Positions 1 through 22,300 of a stretch of 64,000 nucleotides of DNA are shown here, piece by piece. Each line of letters begins with the position of its first letter. Within the stretch, counting starts at the first letter, position 1. Made by a program: the position numbers and the translations under genes. The stretch spans positions 237,366 through 301,365 of the forward strand of contig NMRA01000317.1 of assembly GCA_002633005.1 (NCBI GenBank). The letters run 5' to 3'. A model generated the notes under the pieces. The model saw only the letters and a program-made list of their open reading frames with translations, was not told the origin of the DNA and made no database searches. Origin of the DNA: Phoronis australis (taxonomy: Eukaryota > Animalia > Phoronida).

Positions 1-605
1 GTTTCATTTTTCAAGGGCTTCTAAAATCATTGTGAATCCCCACAATTTTTTAAAATATTGACTGGTGATAACTATGATACAGAAATGGAAAAGCATTAGT
101 TTGGAGCTACATATCTAAAGGGAAAAATGAGTATCACCATGGTCAAATCAATCCTTAACCTTACACTTATTGTTATCATAATTGTTGTAGAGAAGTTGCT
201 TTTAGATGCATTTGGGAATAATACATCTTACAATAAAATAACTAGTAGTACTTCTACTCAGGAATCTGAAAAAAGATGCCATTGGTTGTTATATGAGATC
301 TGACAGAGATGCGTTTTACCATTTCAAGCCCGGGAAACAGGCTGTATCCATTTGCCTGTCTACTACAGCTAAGTGCCACCTTTGTATTCTGAACCTATTC
401 ACATTTGAACACACGTGTTTCTGGTGCACTCATATTGAGGCCTACGCCTCGATTTCTCAGTTTCTCAATTTAAATACCCCGAGATTCATTGTGAGCGTTA
501 CAGATCGCAAAAAACTAATTGCACATTTTAACAGACTTAATGTCCCTTATCAAGTCTGTTTCAGTATTTACAGTGGAGGGATGAGCAGTACATATCATGA
601 CTTAC

Positions 606-3600
606 TTGTTGTGGAGTCTGAGTTGAGGGCAATATCCAGAGCACTGGTCACCGACTGGAACAGATTCATTCGCTGAGTCTCACCTAAGAAATGAATACAT
701 GAACAAATAAACATTTAGTTTACAGAAAATATGGGCTAGAAAAGCGCACAATTTATACAGTTGTATAGAACTTCATTATCAATATCTCCCCTTCAGTTTC
801 AAATGCAGATATTGGTCTAGTTTCTTGTTAAGCACTCTCTGCACAGTCTTAAATCCAGCATCCCATGCACCCACATTGATACAGAAATCATTATAAATCC
901 ACCATGTTTCAAAGAGTTACAGCTGAAGTTGTTGCTGAAGTGATAATTGCTCTGCTTCAAACAAAAGCAACATGGAATGCCAGCATTCATGATAATGCCC
1001 TGGGTTGCTGCAAGCACTTTTTGTACACTGTATCTAAGGATAAACTGCAAGGTAATGTGGAACAGGCCACATTTCTAATGTTGCACTACGACCCTCACGG
1101 ACAACACAATTGGCAAATGTGTCACAGTATTCATGCATATTCTGCAATTTCTAAATGGTTAAGACAAGAACAGCAAAAAAATAATGCCCAGCATCAGCTT
1201 CATGGCAGTTATAGAACAGGTCAAAAACTCCAATGACTTTCTGTTATGTCAGTCACTTACTGACACAGTGGTGGCAACATCTTTTGGATCATGCAAACAA
1301 AATGATGAGCAATAAGCAATATATGTGTTTAGATAATAGTGCACCAGTTTGATTTACTGAATAGCACTAAACAAGAACTGTTCAACAAGTTGCCTAGTTC
1401 AGATAACCAATGTGTTTGATCCATCACAATACTCGCTTTGAATACATTTGAGTACACTTCACTTTAATGAAAACATGACTGTCTGCACAACGCAAGGGAA
1501 AAAACAAATATTCCCAAGATGCCAGGGGTGTTACTCTCAAGGAAAACTGGCTCACAGGACATGCTGCTTGCGACTTATCAAAACCAATTTCCCTACAAAA
1601 AGGGTGTCTAAATTCCATACAAATGGGTGTGTTTTCTGAATTCATTCCAGACAACAAACTGGTCATAACTCTACAAAAGGCTCCTTTCCAATCAGACAAG
1701 TTTTAAAACTGTGCTTGCAAAACATGGCATCTTTTTCATGGTTTCAGGTTTTATAGGTTAAAAAGACACCTGTCCAAAATCCCAATGTACCACTAGGGGT
1801 GTTGATTTTTTAACAAAGATGACTTTTTATTGGAAGTTCTCAACAAATGGGTCCCTTTAGTGCTTTCTACATGTTCTGGACATCTTAATTTTCCAGATGA
1901 ACCAGAACTAGTTAATATGACTGATATCAGAGCTGGGTTGCTAGTTGAGCTATCGTACCAGCTAGGTTTCAAAACTTTCAGGGTGATTTTTTCACTATCG
2001 CCAGCCACCGGCGATAACTATTGATAGGTATAGCTACCCAAGCAGACCTCCAAATATGCCCCACATTCCACGCACAGGGTGCATGAACTTAAAATCCTGC
2101 ATAATCTCAAGATTGCGTATGTGTGAATTGAATATTCATTTGGGCAATAAGGTGAAATTTTTGTTGAGTATAAAGATTTTTTTTGTAATTGTCGGCCTCA
2201 TGATCACCCATTTTCTCCTATTCCATAATTTGTGTCAAATACTCGGAAGAATATGTGAATTGTTGAATCAATCATAATGTTTGGTGAAAAAGATCACCAA
2301 TAGTTGAAAAAACTTTTGGTAAAATCAAAATTTACAATATTTTTATACATTTAATTTTTTTTTGTGCAGTGCAAATTTTTATTAACGAGAACATGATTAT
2401 TTGAGTGAACTTGTCACATTTCGTCGTGTATTCCAAGTTTACATACACGCAATCTTGAGATTAAGAAGGATTCCAAGTTCATGCACAGCAGACCAACATG
2501 CGTCTTGTCCCACTCCTAACGGGGTTTTCCGTAGATTAGCCCACTCGATGAAATGCCCATGGGCGTTTATTCAAAAAATTATGCCAAATACATGCCCATG
2601 GGCGTTTATTTGATACGTGTTACAACTTGCGGTGTCAAGTGTGCAGTGCAGTGGGACCTTTAATTTTAAATTTTCCTCTTAAAAGCCCACTTAGTGTCAA
2701 CTTTTCATAACAAATTTAGTTTTGTGGAGCATTTATCATTTATGAAAACAAACAAGGCGTTGGCGAACTATGTGTTACAGATGTGCTTCCGGTGAATCAT
2801 ATGAGCCTTTGTTATCTACTTGCTAACGGGCAATTGCCTATTAGCTGAATGGTTAGCACGCTCGCCGGTTTTATGAGAGTCGCTGGTTCGATTTCCGGGT
2901 CGGGTAATCTCAGCTATTACTACAAATGGCGCAGTTGGCAAACGGATGATCTACTGATGAAGCACTGTCAACTAGTACCCGCGGACCTCGGGACGGCGCG
3001 CATGGAGGGTTCCAGGAGTCAAGAACCTGTATGAGAGACTACCTTGTATTCACCTGTGTTGTGGTGGTAAAGGTACCAAGGGATGCTGATGACCTGCATG
3101 CGAGACATCCTGGTGTTCACCTTCCTGGTGGCGAGCCTGTTCCGCAGGAAAGGGGGGAATGTTGTAGATGTGCTTCCAGTGAATTATATGAGCTTCTGTT
3201 AGCTACTCGCTAAGGGGCAATTGCTTATTAGCTGAATGCATGGTTAGCACGCTCGCCGATTTTATGGGAGTTGGTGGTTCGATTCACGGGTCAGGTAATT
3301 TTGGCTATTACTTAGTATTACTACATATGTCGTCCGGTTACCTATTTTCGTCAGGCTCCAAAGTTCGTCCGCCATCTTGTTTCGCGTGCAGCGCAACCAC
3401 GCGGGACTTAGCGTTCCAATTTGGAGTGCTCGTCTGCACGTTAGGTACTAACTTATCGGAAGAGACACGTATCAAAGTAATGAGACAAAAATCGGTGAGT
3501 TTACCGATTGTTTTTTAAAACCACTTAAAAATCAGTAGATTTTACTAATACACTTTTTTGTGCGTTTTCAGAAGATGTTTTCGAATTTAAATTTTCTTCC

Positions 3601-4531
3601 GACGGGACACAAAACATGATCCAGGGTTTGTTTATGCAATGTATCTGTTTTTCCCAGGCACTAGTAGGATCTAGAAGGCCAAAGGAAAAATCCGCAGACA
3701 AATGCGATACGCTGGGTTCTTAACATTTTGCCTCACGCATTCACCATTAAACTGCATTGAAATGTTGTCCAATTGGCTTTTATTGGAAACCACAGTGCAG
3801 AGCTCAACATCAAAGCTTCAAATCGAGTTTATGTCAATAAAAACAGGCTGTTGCAATTTTCATTACTTCGTTGGCCTTTTTCTGCATGTTTCTCAGTTTT
3901 TACAAAAGGGGGCAGCATATGACGAACTTAGGTTTCACAATAAAATGGCTGCCGAAGGCAGTGCACATTTGAAATAACTCGGCACAAATTAAAGAAAACT
4001 TCCGAATCGATGAATGCGGTATATCTGTGAGAGTTAAATCGAATCCTATTCAGATCATAACTTTGAAGTGGAATAATTCGGTGAGTACAACAGCAAGTCG
4101 GTTTTATGCTTAGGCGGACGAACATTGGGTTCCCCAGTATGCATTTTAATAAAAAAAGTTTTAAAACGCAGCTTTAAGTAAAAGAGTGTCAAGTCAAGCA
4201 AAACTATGGCTTTCCATTTACATGCCTCCTTTTCCAAATAAACGCCTGGGCGTTTATTTGGTGTTGCTAAATCGCCTGAAATTTTTCATTTTCCGAATAC
4301 ACGCCCATGGGCTTACCTACGGGCAAGGCCAAAACACAAGGTCATTTCAGTTTCAAATGTCAAGACTCAGTAGTCCAAATCACAATTACCTAAAGCAGGA
4401 GAGGGTTCATCCTGTACGTATGTGAAGTGTGAGTATTTTCTACAGAAACTGTAACCAACTTGAGAGCGATTTTTCAATTCAGGCAATAAAGGTCTTGCTC
4501 TTACAAGTGTACGCATAACCCGTAAGGCCAT
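606..4531 (-). CDS. BCKDHB: Branched-chain 2-oxo acid dehydrogenase E1 beta subunit, mitochondrial; 5' part only (coding exons 4531-4390 and 683-606), gene continues beyond the left edge
   Basis: Exon 1 gives MALRVMRTLVRARPLLPELKNRSQVGYSFCRKYSHFTYVQDEPSPAL-G (Arg-rich transit-peptide-like start) with a GTAATT donor. Exon 2 (78 nt, TTAG acceptor, GTAAG donor, matching phase 1) gives GETQRMNLFQSVTSALDIALNSDSTT, matching the BCKDHB signature HFTF..GQTQKMNLFQSVTSALD. Confidence 0.93.
2529..4322. mobile_element. Probable non-autonomous DNA transposon in BCKDHB intron 1 that hosts the TRIM
   Basis: Imperfect inverted ends (CCGTAGATTAGCCC... and ...GGGCTTACCTACGG) with repeated subterminal palindromes of the AATAAACGCCCATGGGCGTTTATT type at 2550-2612 and 4236-4312. 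No clean TSD. Confidence 0.5.
2773..3325 (+). mobile_element. Non-autonomous miniature LTR retrotransposon (TRIM) with tRNA-like LTRs
   Basis: LTR1 2773-2924 and LTR2 3160-3325 both run TGT...ACA; TATG TSD on both sides; PBS TGGCGCAGTTGGCA at 2927; PPT AGGAAAGGGGGGAA at 3146-3159; A-box TAGCTGAATGG (2842-2852) and B-box GGTTCGATTTCC (2885-2896) inside the LTR. Confidence 0.9.
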
Positions 4532-4809
4532 CGTCGCTGTTTTCAGATGTGACAATTATTCCTTAAAGCAATAAAAATAATAAATAAACCTCAAATAATG
4601 AAGAATTGAATTGCAATTAATTTAAGTAAAATTGTTATTAAAATAACAAGTATGTTTTTGAAATAGGAAAGAGAAAATGAAAATCAACAAATAAACATAT
4701 GTATGTTTGTTGTTGCTTGTGGCGGTGGAACATGCGACCTTGACCTCTTGGAAAAGGTTTGGTTGGAATTTGTTGTTTGTGGAAAAGGCTGTCTTATTTT
4801 CATGAAGAG
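4532..4809. promoter_or_regulatory. Probable bidirectional promoter between BCKDHB and a putative shared ATE1 5' leader exon ending at 4809
   Basis: BCKDHB ATG at 4531 (minus). Strong plus-strand donor GAG|GTAAGC at 4809/4810. Both ATE1 start exons have acceptors and so need an upstream exon. GACCTTGACCT motif near 4736. Confidence 0.5.
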
Positions 4810-5705
4810 GTAAGCGTGTCTTGAATCCGGATCTTAAATGTTGACGCTGTAACTGATTGCTGTAAAACGTATACCCGGTATAGTACTTTAGTTACACATT
4901 GACAACATTTTAATGACTTAATGTTTATTAGGTTGAAGTCTCTGCAACTGATTGGTTTTTGCCTGGCAGGTCTGATGTTGGTCGGATATGGTGGTCCCTG
5001 ATGCTGATTTAGGGAAACAGTTTCCTCCACTGAATTACGGGCATGTTATTCAGTAAGTACCTGGTTCACTAAATCAGAGACCTCTATAAGGTGCTTTATC
5101 CAACCAATGCCTGATCCATCGGTTTGGTGACCCATTTTGAAAGTGAAAATAAAACCATGACTGAGGACTTTTTTACGACAGATTGGGGTTTTTAGTACTA
5201 GAGTCAAACGTCCAAAACATTTGGCCAAAAGGCACATTGCCACTTGGCGAGTGTATCTTACAGTCATCTGTTTGTACTCCATGCCCGGAAGTAACGTGAT
5301 ACACCAGTCCTTCACTTTCCACAGGCAGACAAACCTGGGTACAGAGCTCAGAAGCACCCTAGTGTCCTGTAATATGGCCTCATCAACCCTCTCCTTATTG
5401 TGTTATGGATCCACCACCATCAAGTCAGTGCCCTCTCCATCTGCCACTTAGAACAATACGTCTCGGGGGGGTTTTCATGAGACTACACTTAGTTTGCATG
5501 GTGTCAAGTTAGTATTAATTGAAATATCTGGTGACGCCAAGACTTGAATTTGGGCACTTAGCTTGAGAGTCAAGTGTCCAAATTGTTCTGCTAAGAGGTA
5601 ATTGCTACTTGGCAAGCAGCTTGGATCTAGTCTTCATTGGACTGTATGTCAAGTTCTCAAGTTACATGATACAACTGTCCATAACTCATATACTTTTTTA
5701 GTTGG

Positions 5706-6005
5706 TTCAGCAGGTAATAGAACCAGGTCTCCTAAACCAAAATCTAACATCCTAACCAATTGACCAAAGAGCAACTGCCCGTTAGTAAACAATTTTGAGA
5801 CACCCTTGTAGCGTGACACAACGGGAAGTCAGGTGATGCAACTCTTTTCCCTTTGGAAAACAGGTATGCTTCAGATCTAAGCAACACATCTGTACTATTT
5901 TAGTTTAGCCAGGAATTGAACCAGAGACCACGTGAACCACAGTCTAGTATCTAAACTGGTTGACCACAGACCATGTGTTCGTTAGGGAGCGATTTAGAGA
6001 AGCCG
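5706..6005 (-). mobile_element. Two decayed tRNA-like, LTR-like repeats related to the TRIM LTR
   Basis: Minus strand reads CTAACGGGCAGTTGC-TCTTTGGTCAATTGGTTAG...CTGGTTCTATTACC (5790-5706) and CTAACGAAC..TGGTCAACCAGTTTAG...CTGGTTCAATTCCTGG (6005-5905). Shares the CTAACGGGCA[A/G]TTGC pre-A-box motif with the TRIM LTR. Confidence 0.55.
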
Positions 6006-6797
6006 ATCAGTCCAGTCCCGACAATGGCAATGGCATAGACACGATTTTGAGTCCCGCCTGCTGGACCTGAAGTTTTTCTTCAAAATCTTGTCACAAGATG
6101 AGTACAGGCCAACTAACGAACCCCATGTATAAAATTACAAGATTATAAAATCTCAGCATTCATAGTGATAGTGTAAAAGTAGGAAGCTACTGCATTACAG
6201 AAATGAAAATGCTTTAAAGCCGCTATAACGTGTTCTGGTGTCAATATCCAGTTTTTCACAGTGGTATTTTGTTCTTATCTTTCATTTGAATTGAAATTAG
6301 TTGTTATAAAACTCACAGAATTTCCTTGGCGACCATACTGCTTCAGTGGCTGAAACAATCCCGGCATGTTAAGTCGACTTCATGAGCCAAGTCAGAAGCA
6401 ATAACGAACCATCAGTGATTTGTGAAGTCTAGAAATTGTTTCTAATCTGAGTGAGGAACCAGGAGACCAATTTGTAAATCTGTGATGTGGCCAATTGGTG
6501 GCGTGCAGACCAGACTCAAAATGTTTGTGATGGTAAATGACCTTAATCAAAAGTTGGATTTTGACATAGCGCGCATTTATTTCCCCTTTAACTTAGAATA
6601 TATATGCGGTATAAATTGTGAGCAGCTTCAGAACATCATGTGTATCTGTTGCGCTTAAACTAAGATTCGAAGCCCATGCAGCTCTCATCTTCGAAATCAT
6701 TGTTTTGGTTCATTTGGGACGGAATGCTTGTTTTAATGCTGGAGTTATTTGAAGGGCAGATGTTTAATTGTGTATTTTCCACCTTTTCAGGTGACCA

Positions 6798-16542
<9,745 letters not shown>

Positions 16543-19336
16543 CCATGCTTCTTAGAGACGATGTGCTCATTTTGGGCAAAATTTTTTAGCAACCGTGTTT
16601 TATACTTCACATTTTGTAAGTGTCAGAACTTTAATAAAAGCAGTCCAACCATGTTGCAATGAACCACATTCATAACACATTCTTTTTAATATAGTGCAAT
16701 TTAATATAGTACAAGCTAATAAAAATTATTCAAAAATGGTCCCCTTCATGGGGGCTGGTCAGAAGCTGAATTTGTCGTCAGAGTTGTCTCCCCTGATGAC
16801 TGAGAATGAAGGGGAATTAACTGGAAAGTTACTAGCAAGGTGGCTGAGCCATTTTGTAATTAGAAAATTTTGATGCCCTAATAGTTATTACCGGTAATTT
16901 TTGCTGTTAACAGAATAAGCTGTCATGAGGAGAAAATGTTTTTTTTGTCTGCTTTTTTGTGTTTTGCTGTAGCGTTCATTTTTGCCATTTGCTAGTCAAC
17001 TGTACAGTTTGAATTGTTCACGGGTACCTTCTGTTGTAACTGATAATTTTAGACGGGTATTGGTAGGGTTTGCTGTAAGACAGTTCAACTGAATTTTGAT
17101 TTTTTGTATCGATAGTCAATAAAGTTGGTTGAAGACAATACAGTGTTGTCTACAACTTGAATGCAGTGCATGCTTTTGAGTTGTAAACCGACAACACTAC
17201 CGAGTCTTCAACCAAATTTGCCTACAAGATGGCCGCTGCCACATTGTATTGTATCATAGTCAGTGTAAAAACAGCTTCAGTGGGTGGTTTTTCTTGGTGT
17301 TCTTTGTCCACGCTTATGTATTAGACTGTTTTCTCTGTCTTTTTAAGTCACACTGATCATATCATTGATACAACTGCAAAGTCTCGATAATTTCAGACAG
17401 ATGCAATTGCTGATGTCAGGATTTTTCGTTTTTCAAGCTTTTCTAACATTGTGAATGCCAACATTTTTCAAAATATTTTGATGCTAGTCATGGTGCAAAA
17501 CTTCAACATGGTTAACGGTTGATTTTATCTTTTTATGAAAATGATGAGAAACACGGTTTCTCTTTTCCGCCCTATTGTGTCCTAAATTATTGAGATTTTG
17601 CCTTAAATCGATGTTTATTGACGCTTAGATGACAATGTTCAGCCTAGTTAACTCGTTTGACCCTGGATTTTCCCTCACTATGGAAACAGATGTCTAGGGC
17701 CTTGGAGTCCGACAGATATTGGGCCAAAAATAGGTCGGTAATACCGTTATTTCAACATTGTAATCATGCAAAATTTTCTGTATTTGGCCTCTCAATGAAA
17801 ATGCTTGTCAAATATAATTTTCATCCACATTGATTTTAATTATGGATGTGAAAAAACAAGATTAACTCAAGTGTTTATAAAAACTTACATTTTTGTCTTT
17901 GCTCTTCCAAAATACTTAATATAGTGTTTTCTAAAAATATTCCTATGTTAAGACTGCGTTAATCTTCCAAATACCTTACACAGATTGACTGGAAGTGAGA
18001 CAGGTTTCCCCACCAGCAAACAGGTGAGGATCCTTATTTGGCCTTTCCAAGAAAGAAAATCTTTGTACAAAAATTGCAGCAGTGTGTAACAACATTAAGG
18101 CAGACAGGTTTAAATGTGCAACTGTTTTAACAGTTAAAACTGGGGAGATCCTAACAAGGAATGGATGGTTTGTAGTGGATCTGGGCTTCAGAGTTAAATG
18201 AGTTACAACAGATGACTGTTTTAAGAAACATGTCTATCAGAGTTTATTGTAGACCAACTTGGCAACACAGTCAGCCTATGTTCTACTGTGATTTGAAAGC
18301 CTTCTTTCAATCAATATTTTCGAGTTATCCAGATAGTCCAGCAATGCTTTGGCAGCTGAATGACACAACATGGTGTAATCGCACAAATATTGGTACATTA
18401 AACAGTACCTGAATAAGAGCCATTTTTACATCAAACTGTGTGAACACAGAGCTTAGATGTTAGTAGTAGTATAGAACTCACCATTGTATACATGTTGTCC
18501 TTGGCCTTTTGAATTGTCTTGCGACCAGTTTTGGAAGCATTGTTACAAATTATGACGCTGATGTGGTCAGAGTGATGTACTAAACATATTGGTGGGAAGC
18601 AAATTTTTATGGTTATCTATTCAACTAGTTAGTCATGTCTTAAGGTCTTTGCGATTTTTATCATGATAGGGTCTAGAATCTCAGACAACACAAAAGTAAG
18701 CTCCAAATATAACTCGTGGGCATCCTTTGACAAGTTGCCTCTATGAATACTTTTTGTGTTGTTCACAATATATTTGTGTTCAGTTTGTGTTTAATACTAA
18801 ATACCTCCAACTCTGAATACTTGGTCTACCCGTAAGGTGTTTTTGTGCGAGATCTCTGATCGTTACATTACTGACAACTCTGTGATCAAAATTTGTGCCA
18901 TGGCTGGCATATTTTTGCTATATCTACCCAATAAATTTCTTCTACATTAGTTTTTGTACTTTCTGCAAAAAATACCAACTATTAGAATTTAATTAAGTAC
19001 ATATATTTATTGCTTTGTGAGATTTTACAAATTTAACATTTACAGCAAACAACTACCCAGTTATGCAAATTTTTTATTTATCAGTTTCATGCCACCAGTA
19101 CTGACAAAAAATACAACTTTGATTTTGCAGCATGAACTTTGACAAAACATTCTATACCTTGGGAGCAATTGTAGAATAATCTCATTCACACTCATCTTAA
19201 AACGGGAAGTCTAGATGACGTATAATTATTCACAGACGCTGAACACAGTCATTTAGTCAAACACCAGCTGACTGCAATTCCTTTCATTTACATAACAGCG
19301 AGTATGGCAGATTGTAATAACTAGTGTTCAACTGGG

Positions 19337-22300
19337 TTAATACAGTTTCGCAGAGCGCTTTTTCTTCATTGGTTTTCCACGAAGGGTCATAGACCTTTGT
19401 GGCACAAGTTTCACCACACGCTGTCGGGTTGGAGCTTGGGAGTCGGTTTGAGTTCCAGGCGATATAAAGCTGATGACTGATTGGTTGGGGGAGGACTCCT
19501 CTTCAATATCCAAGATGGCCTTTCTGCTTCTAAAACAAATTGTAATAGATTATGTACTCTTTCATCACTAGCATACAACCCCTAACATATGTCGTACAGA
19601 GTTTCAAGTTAAATGGTTCTCAAAGCACTTCCCAAAAGAGGTCGCCAGGTGTCTGGTGGGCAAAAATGTGAGTTTTTGGACAACAGTTGTAATAGCCATC
19701 AAGTACACATCTTGAAAATTCTGTTCATTTCCTTTCGAATGTTGCCACCAACTGTAGACTATTAGAATTTAAGTCTCGAAAAGATTTTGACATTACAGCA
19801 TAATTTGCAAAAAGTGAGTCATTTCCAGCAACTGGTTGTATTTTCCCATCATAACTGCAGTATTCTTAATGACATGAAATCAACCCCACAAAACTAAACT
19901 TTTACGACTTTCAAATGGACCTGGCACCAGGCAACTACAAAGTGATCGTACCTGGTGACTGCCTTTTTCTGTGTGCGTGCTTCCTGTTGCCTGGTATTGC
20001 GTTGTGCCGGCTGCTCCTTATCTGTGGACACGCTGCTAGCGACGGAGCGCGTCCTCGTGATTGGTGGAGAGAATACAAACAACGGTTCCAGAAGTTGGTT
20101 GTCGACAGTGACAGGTGCCGACTGGACAACTGTGGGCTCAGAAAAAGTGAAGACATCTGCAAAGTATGCCACAAAACAAAACAATTCAAGCACATAAAAT
20201 ACAGAGATTGAAACTTCAAAGGATTTCAAGCTAGACTAAAACTGTCCTAGTCATAACGTTCTAGAACAGTCCACAGTGTGCACACAACTGTAATATTTAG
20301 ACTCAGCTACATTTTCACAAAGTTCCATCAACTTCATGCGATGTGGTGTTAGGAGATAAAAATTTACTACGTGGCGATTGTATTAGCAATACCCAACACT
20401 CTCAAGTAATACATTTTCTCTCAAAAATTCAAACTTTTAATTTTCCCAGACCTGAAGACGAGAAGGTTCTTTGTAACATATCCATTAAAGGTTAAGTAGG
20501 ACCCTAGATAAATGTTCAGATTTGGCTAACTTTGTAACATTTTTGAAACGGCCGGTCGAATTCATGTGAAACTATTTGATTCTTTGCTTTATGCATCGTT
20601 CTCCAAAATGCTGTTAGGAACTGTTTTTAAATCGGTTCACTTTCACATGAGGGGCTATCAAATTATAGGACTTTTCTTATCTTTATGAAAATATTGAAAA
20701 CTTGTATAAAATAAAACAAAGTTATTACTATGAAAACTGTAAAGGAATTTTTTTTGAGATTTAATCTTGAAAAAGTATTCAAACAAAATTTGTTCATGCC
20801 ACTGAAACCAAAGTTTTTATCACGATTGTACCATTCTTCTGTGTTAAATTTCACTAAACAGATATGGTCGCTGGGCCGGTCAACAGCAGATTCGCACAAG
20901 TAAAAAACAAATTTCTACAGCACTTCTACACACATTGGAATAACACACTTTTCTGTAAAAACTCAGGTTTTTAATTTCATTTAGGTCACTTGGCGTTGTG
21001 AAATTGGTCTTAAATTGTTTCCTAGACAAAATAGTTCTCAACTCTGGGCACGACAAGAACTGGTACTTCACTGTTGTTTCTACAGACAAAAATCCTAAAA
21101 TATCACAAGTCATCCACAATTTCACGCGCTTCCTCTGAAACAATAATCTGTCAGTTCTTCCAAAGCCCAGAGACAACGTCTCAACTCAGTAAGGTACAAG
21201 ACAAGACTAATTTTATAGCGCTAAGTAGCCCAAATCAAAACTGGTCTCTCAACACAAAGCAGGGGTTTAATGCCCCTTGAAGCTCGTTACCATCATCCCC
21301 TATCGTCTCCATCTCGTCGTCCCCTTTCCTACTCTTCTTCTGCCTTGTACCCTTCTTCACGGTTGACTTCCTAGGTGGCGCCACCTCACAACTTCCACTG
21401 ACCTCTTCTCTTGATCGTGCGCTGGTAGTCATTCTCGTAGTCTTCTTAGCTGTCCTAGAGGGCGTTGTGGTAACCTCACTGGTTACTTCACTGACCGGGT
21501 AAGCCCGGGTTGACCTCCGGCTGGGCGACACTCCTACTCTACTAGCCTCCTTGCCAACCACTGATTTATTATGTAACACCGGAGTTTCAGTTATCAGATC
21601 ATCAGCAGGTTTACTTCTTGCCTTCCTACCAGGGGATTTCCTAACTGTACGTACTGGTGACTTAGTTCCTGATTTTTCAGGAGTTTTATCTACAGTTTCT
21701 TGCTTGTCCAGTTTCGGTTTGCGAACTGTGGACTTTTGACCCGTTCTTGCGGCAGATTTCCTACTGGATGATACTTCCAGAGTTTTGGAAGTAGATCGTC
21801 GACTAGGAGACCTAATATTGGATCCCTCTTTTGTTAAAGTTTCCTGAGGCAAGTTTACAATGTTATCGTCAGTAGTTTTATTTCTAAGTGACCTACGAGA
21901 TGGACTTTTTAAATTAACGTCCTGATCACTTTCCATGTCTACGGTACTAGGATTATGTAGCGAAGATCGAAGAATTCTTGAAGGTGACACAGGTACACTG
22001 TCCATAGAGGGCGCCTCAGCAACACCCTCTGATTTAGAACTACCCTTTCTCCGAGTGGATTGTCTAACTGATTTATGAACACTTTCACTGACTTGGCCAG
22101 GATTGCTAGTTTCACTCTCAGAAATCTTCTTTATCCTAGTCCTGCGTACTGGGGTTCTCAATACCTCATCTTTACCAACACTATCTGTAGACCGAGTCTT
22201 AACCTTCATAGGGCTGGAAGACTTAACACCTGTAATCTCAGTGGTCGTCTCACTCCTAGTTGACTTAGAGAGTTGAGGGGAGTGGGGTTCCACTTCGTGC

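Noticed and set aside
293-2280. ORF-track ORFs of 60-127 aa
   Set aside because: Intronic or antisense to BCKDHB, with no recognisable domains; expected by chance.
2835-2910. Stand-alone tRNA gene
   Set aside because: The acceptor and anticodon stems pair poorly, and the sequence is embedded in both LTRs of a TRIM.
3940-4086. AAAATGGCTGCC plus a GTGAGT donor as an ATE1 first exon inside BCKDHB intron 1
   Set aside because: It lies within the probable TIR element, and a more parsimonious leader donor exists at 4809.
6214-6591. Kolobok-like element bounded by TTAA
   Set aside because: The terminal inverted repeats do not match convincingly.
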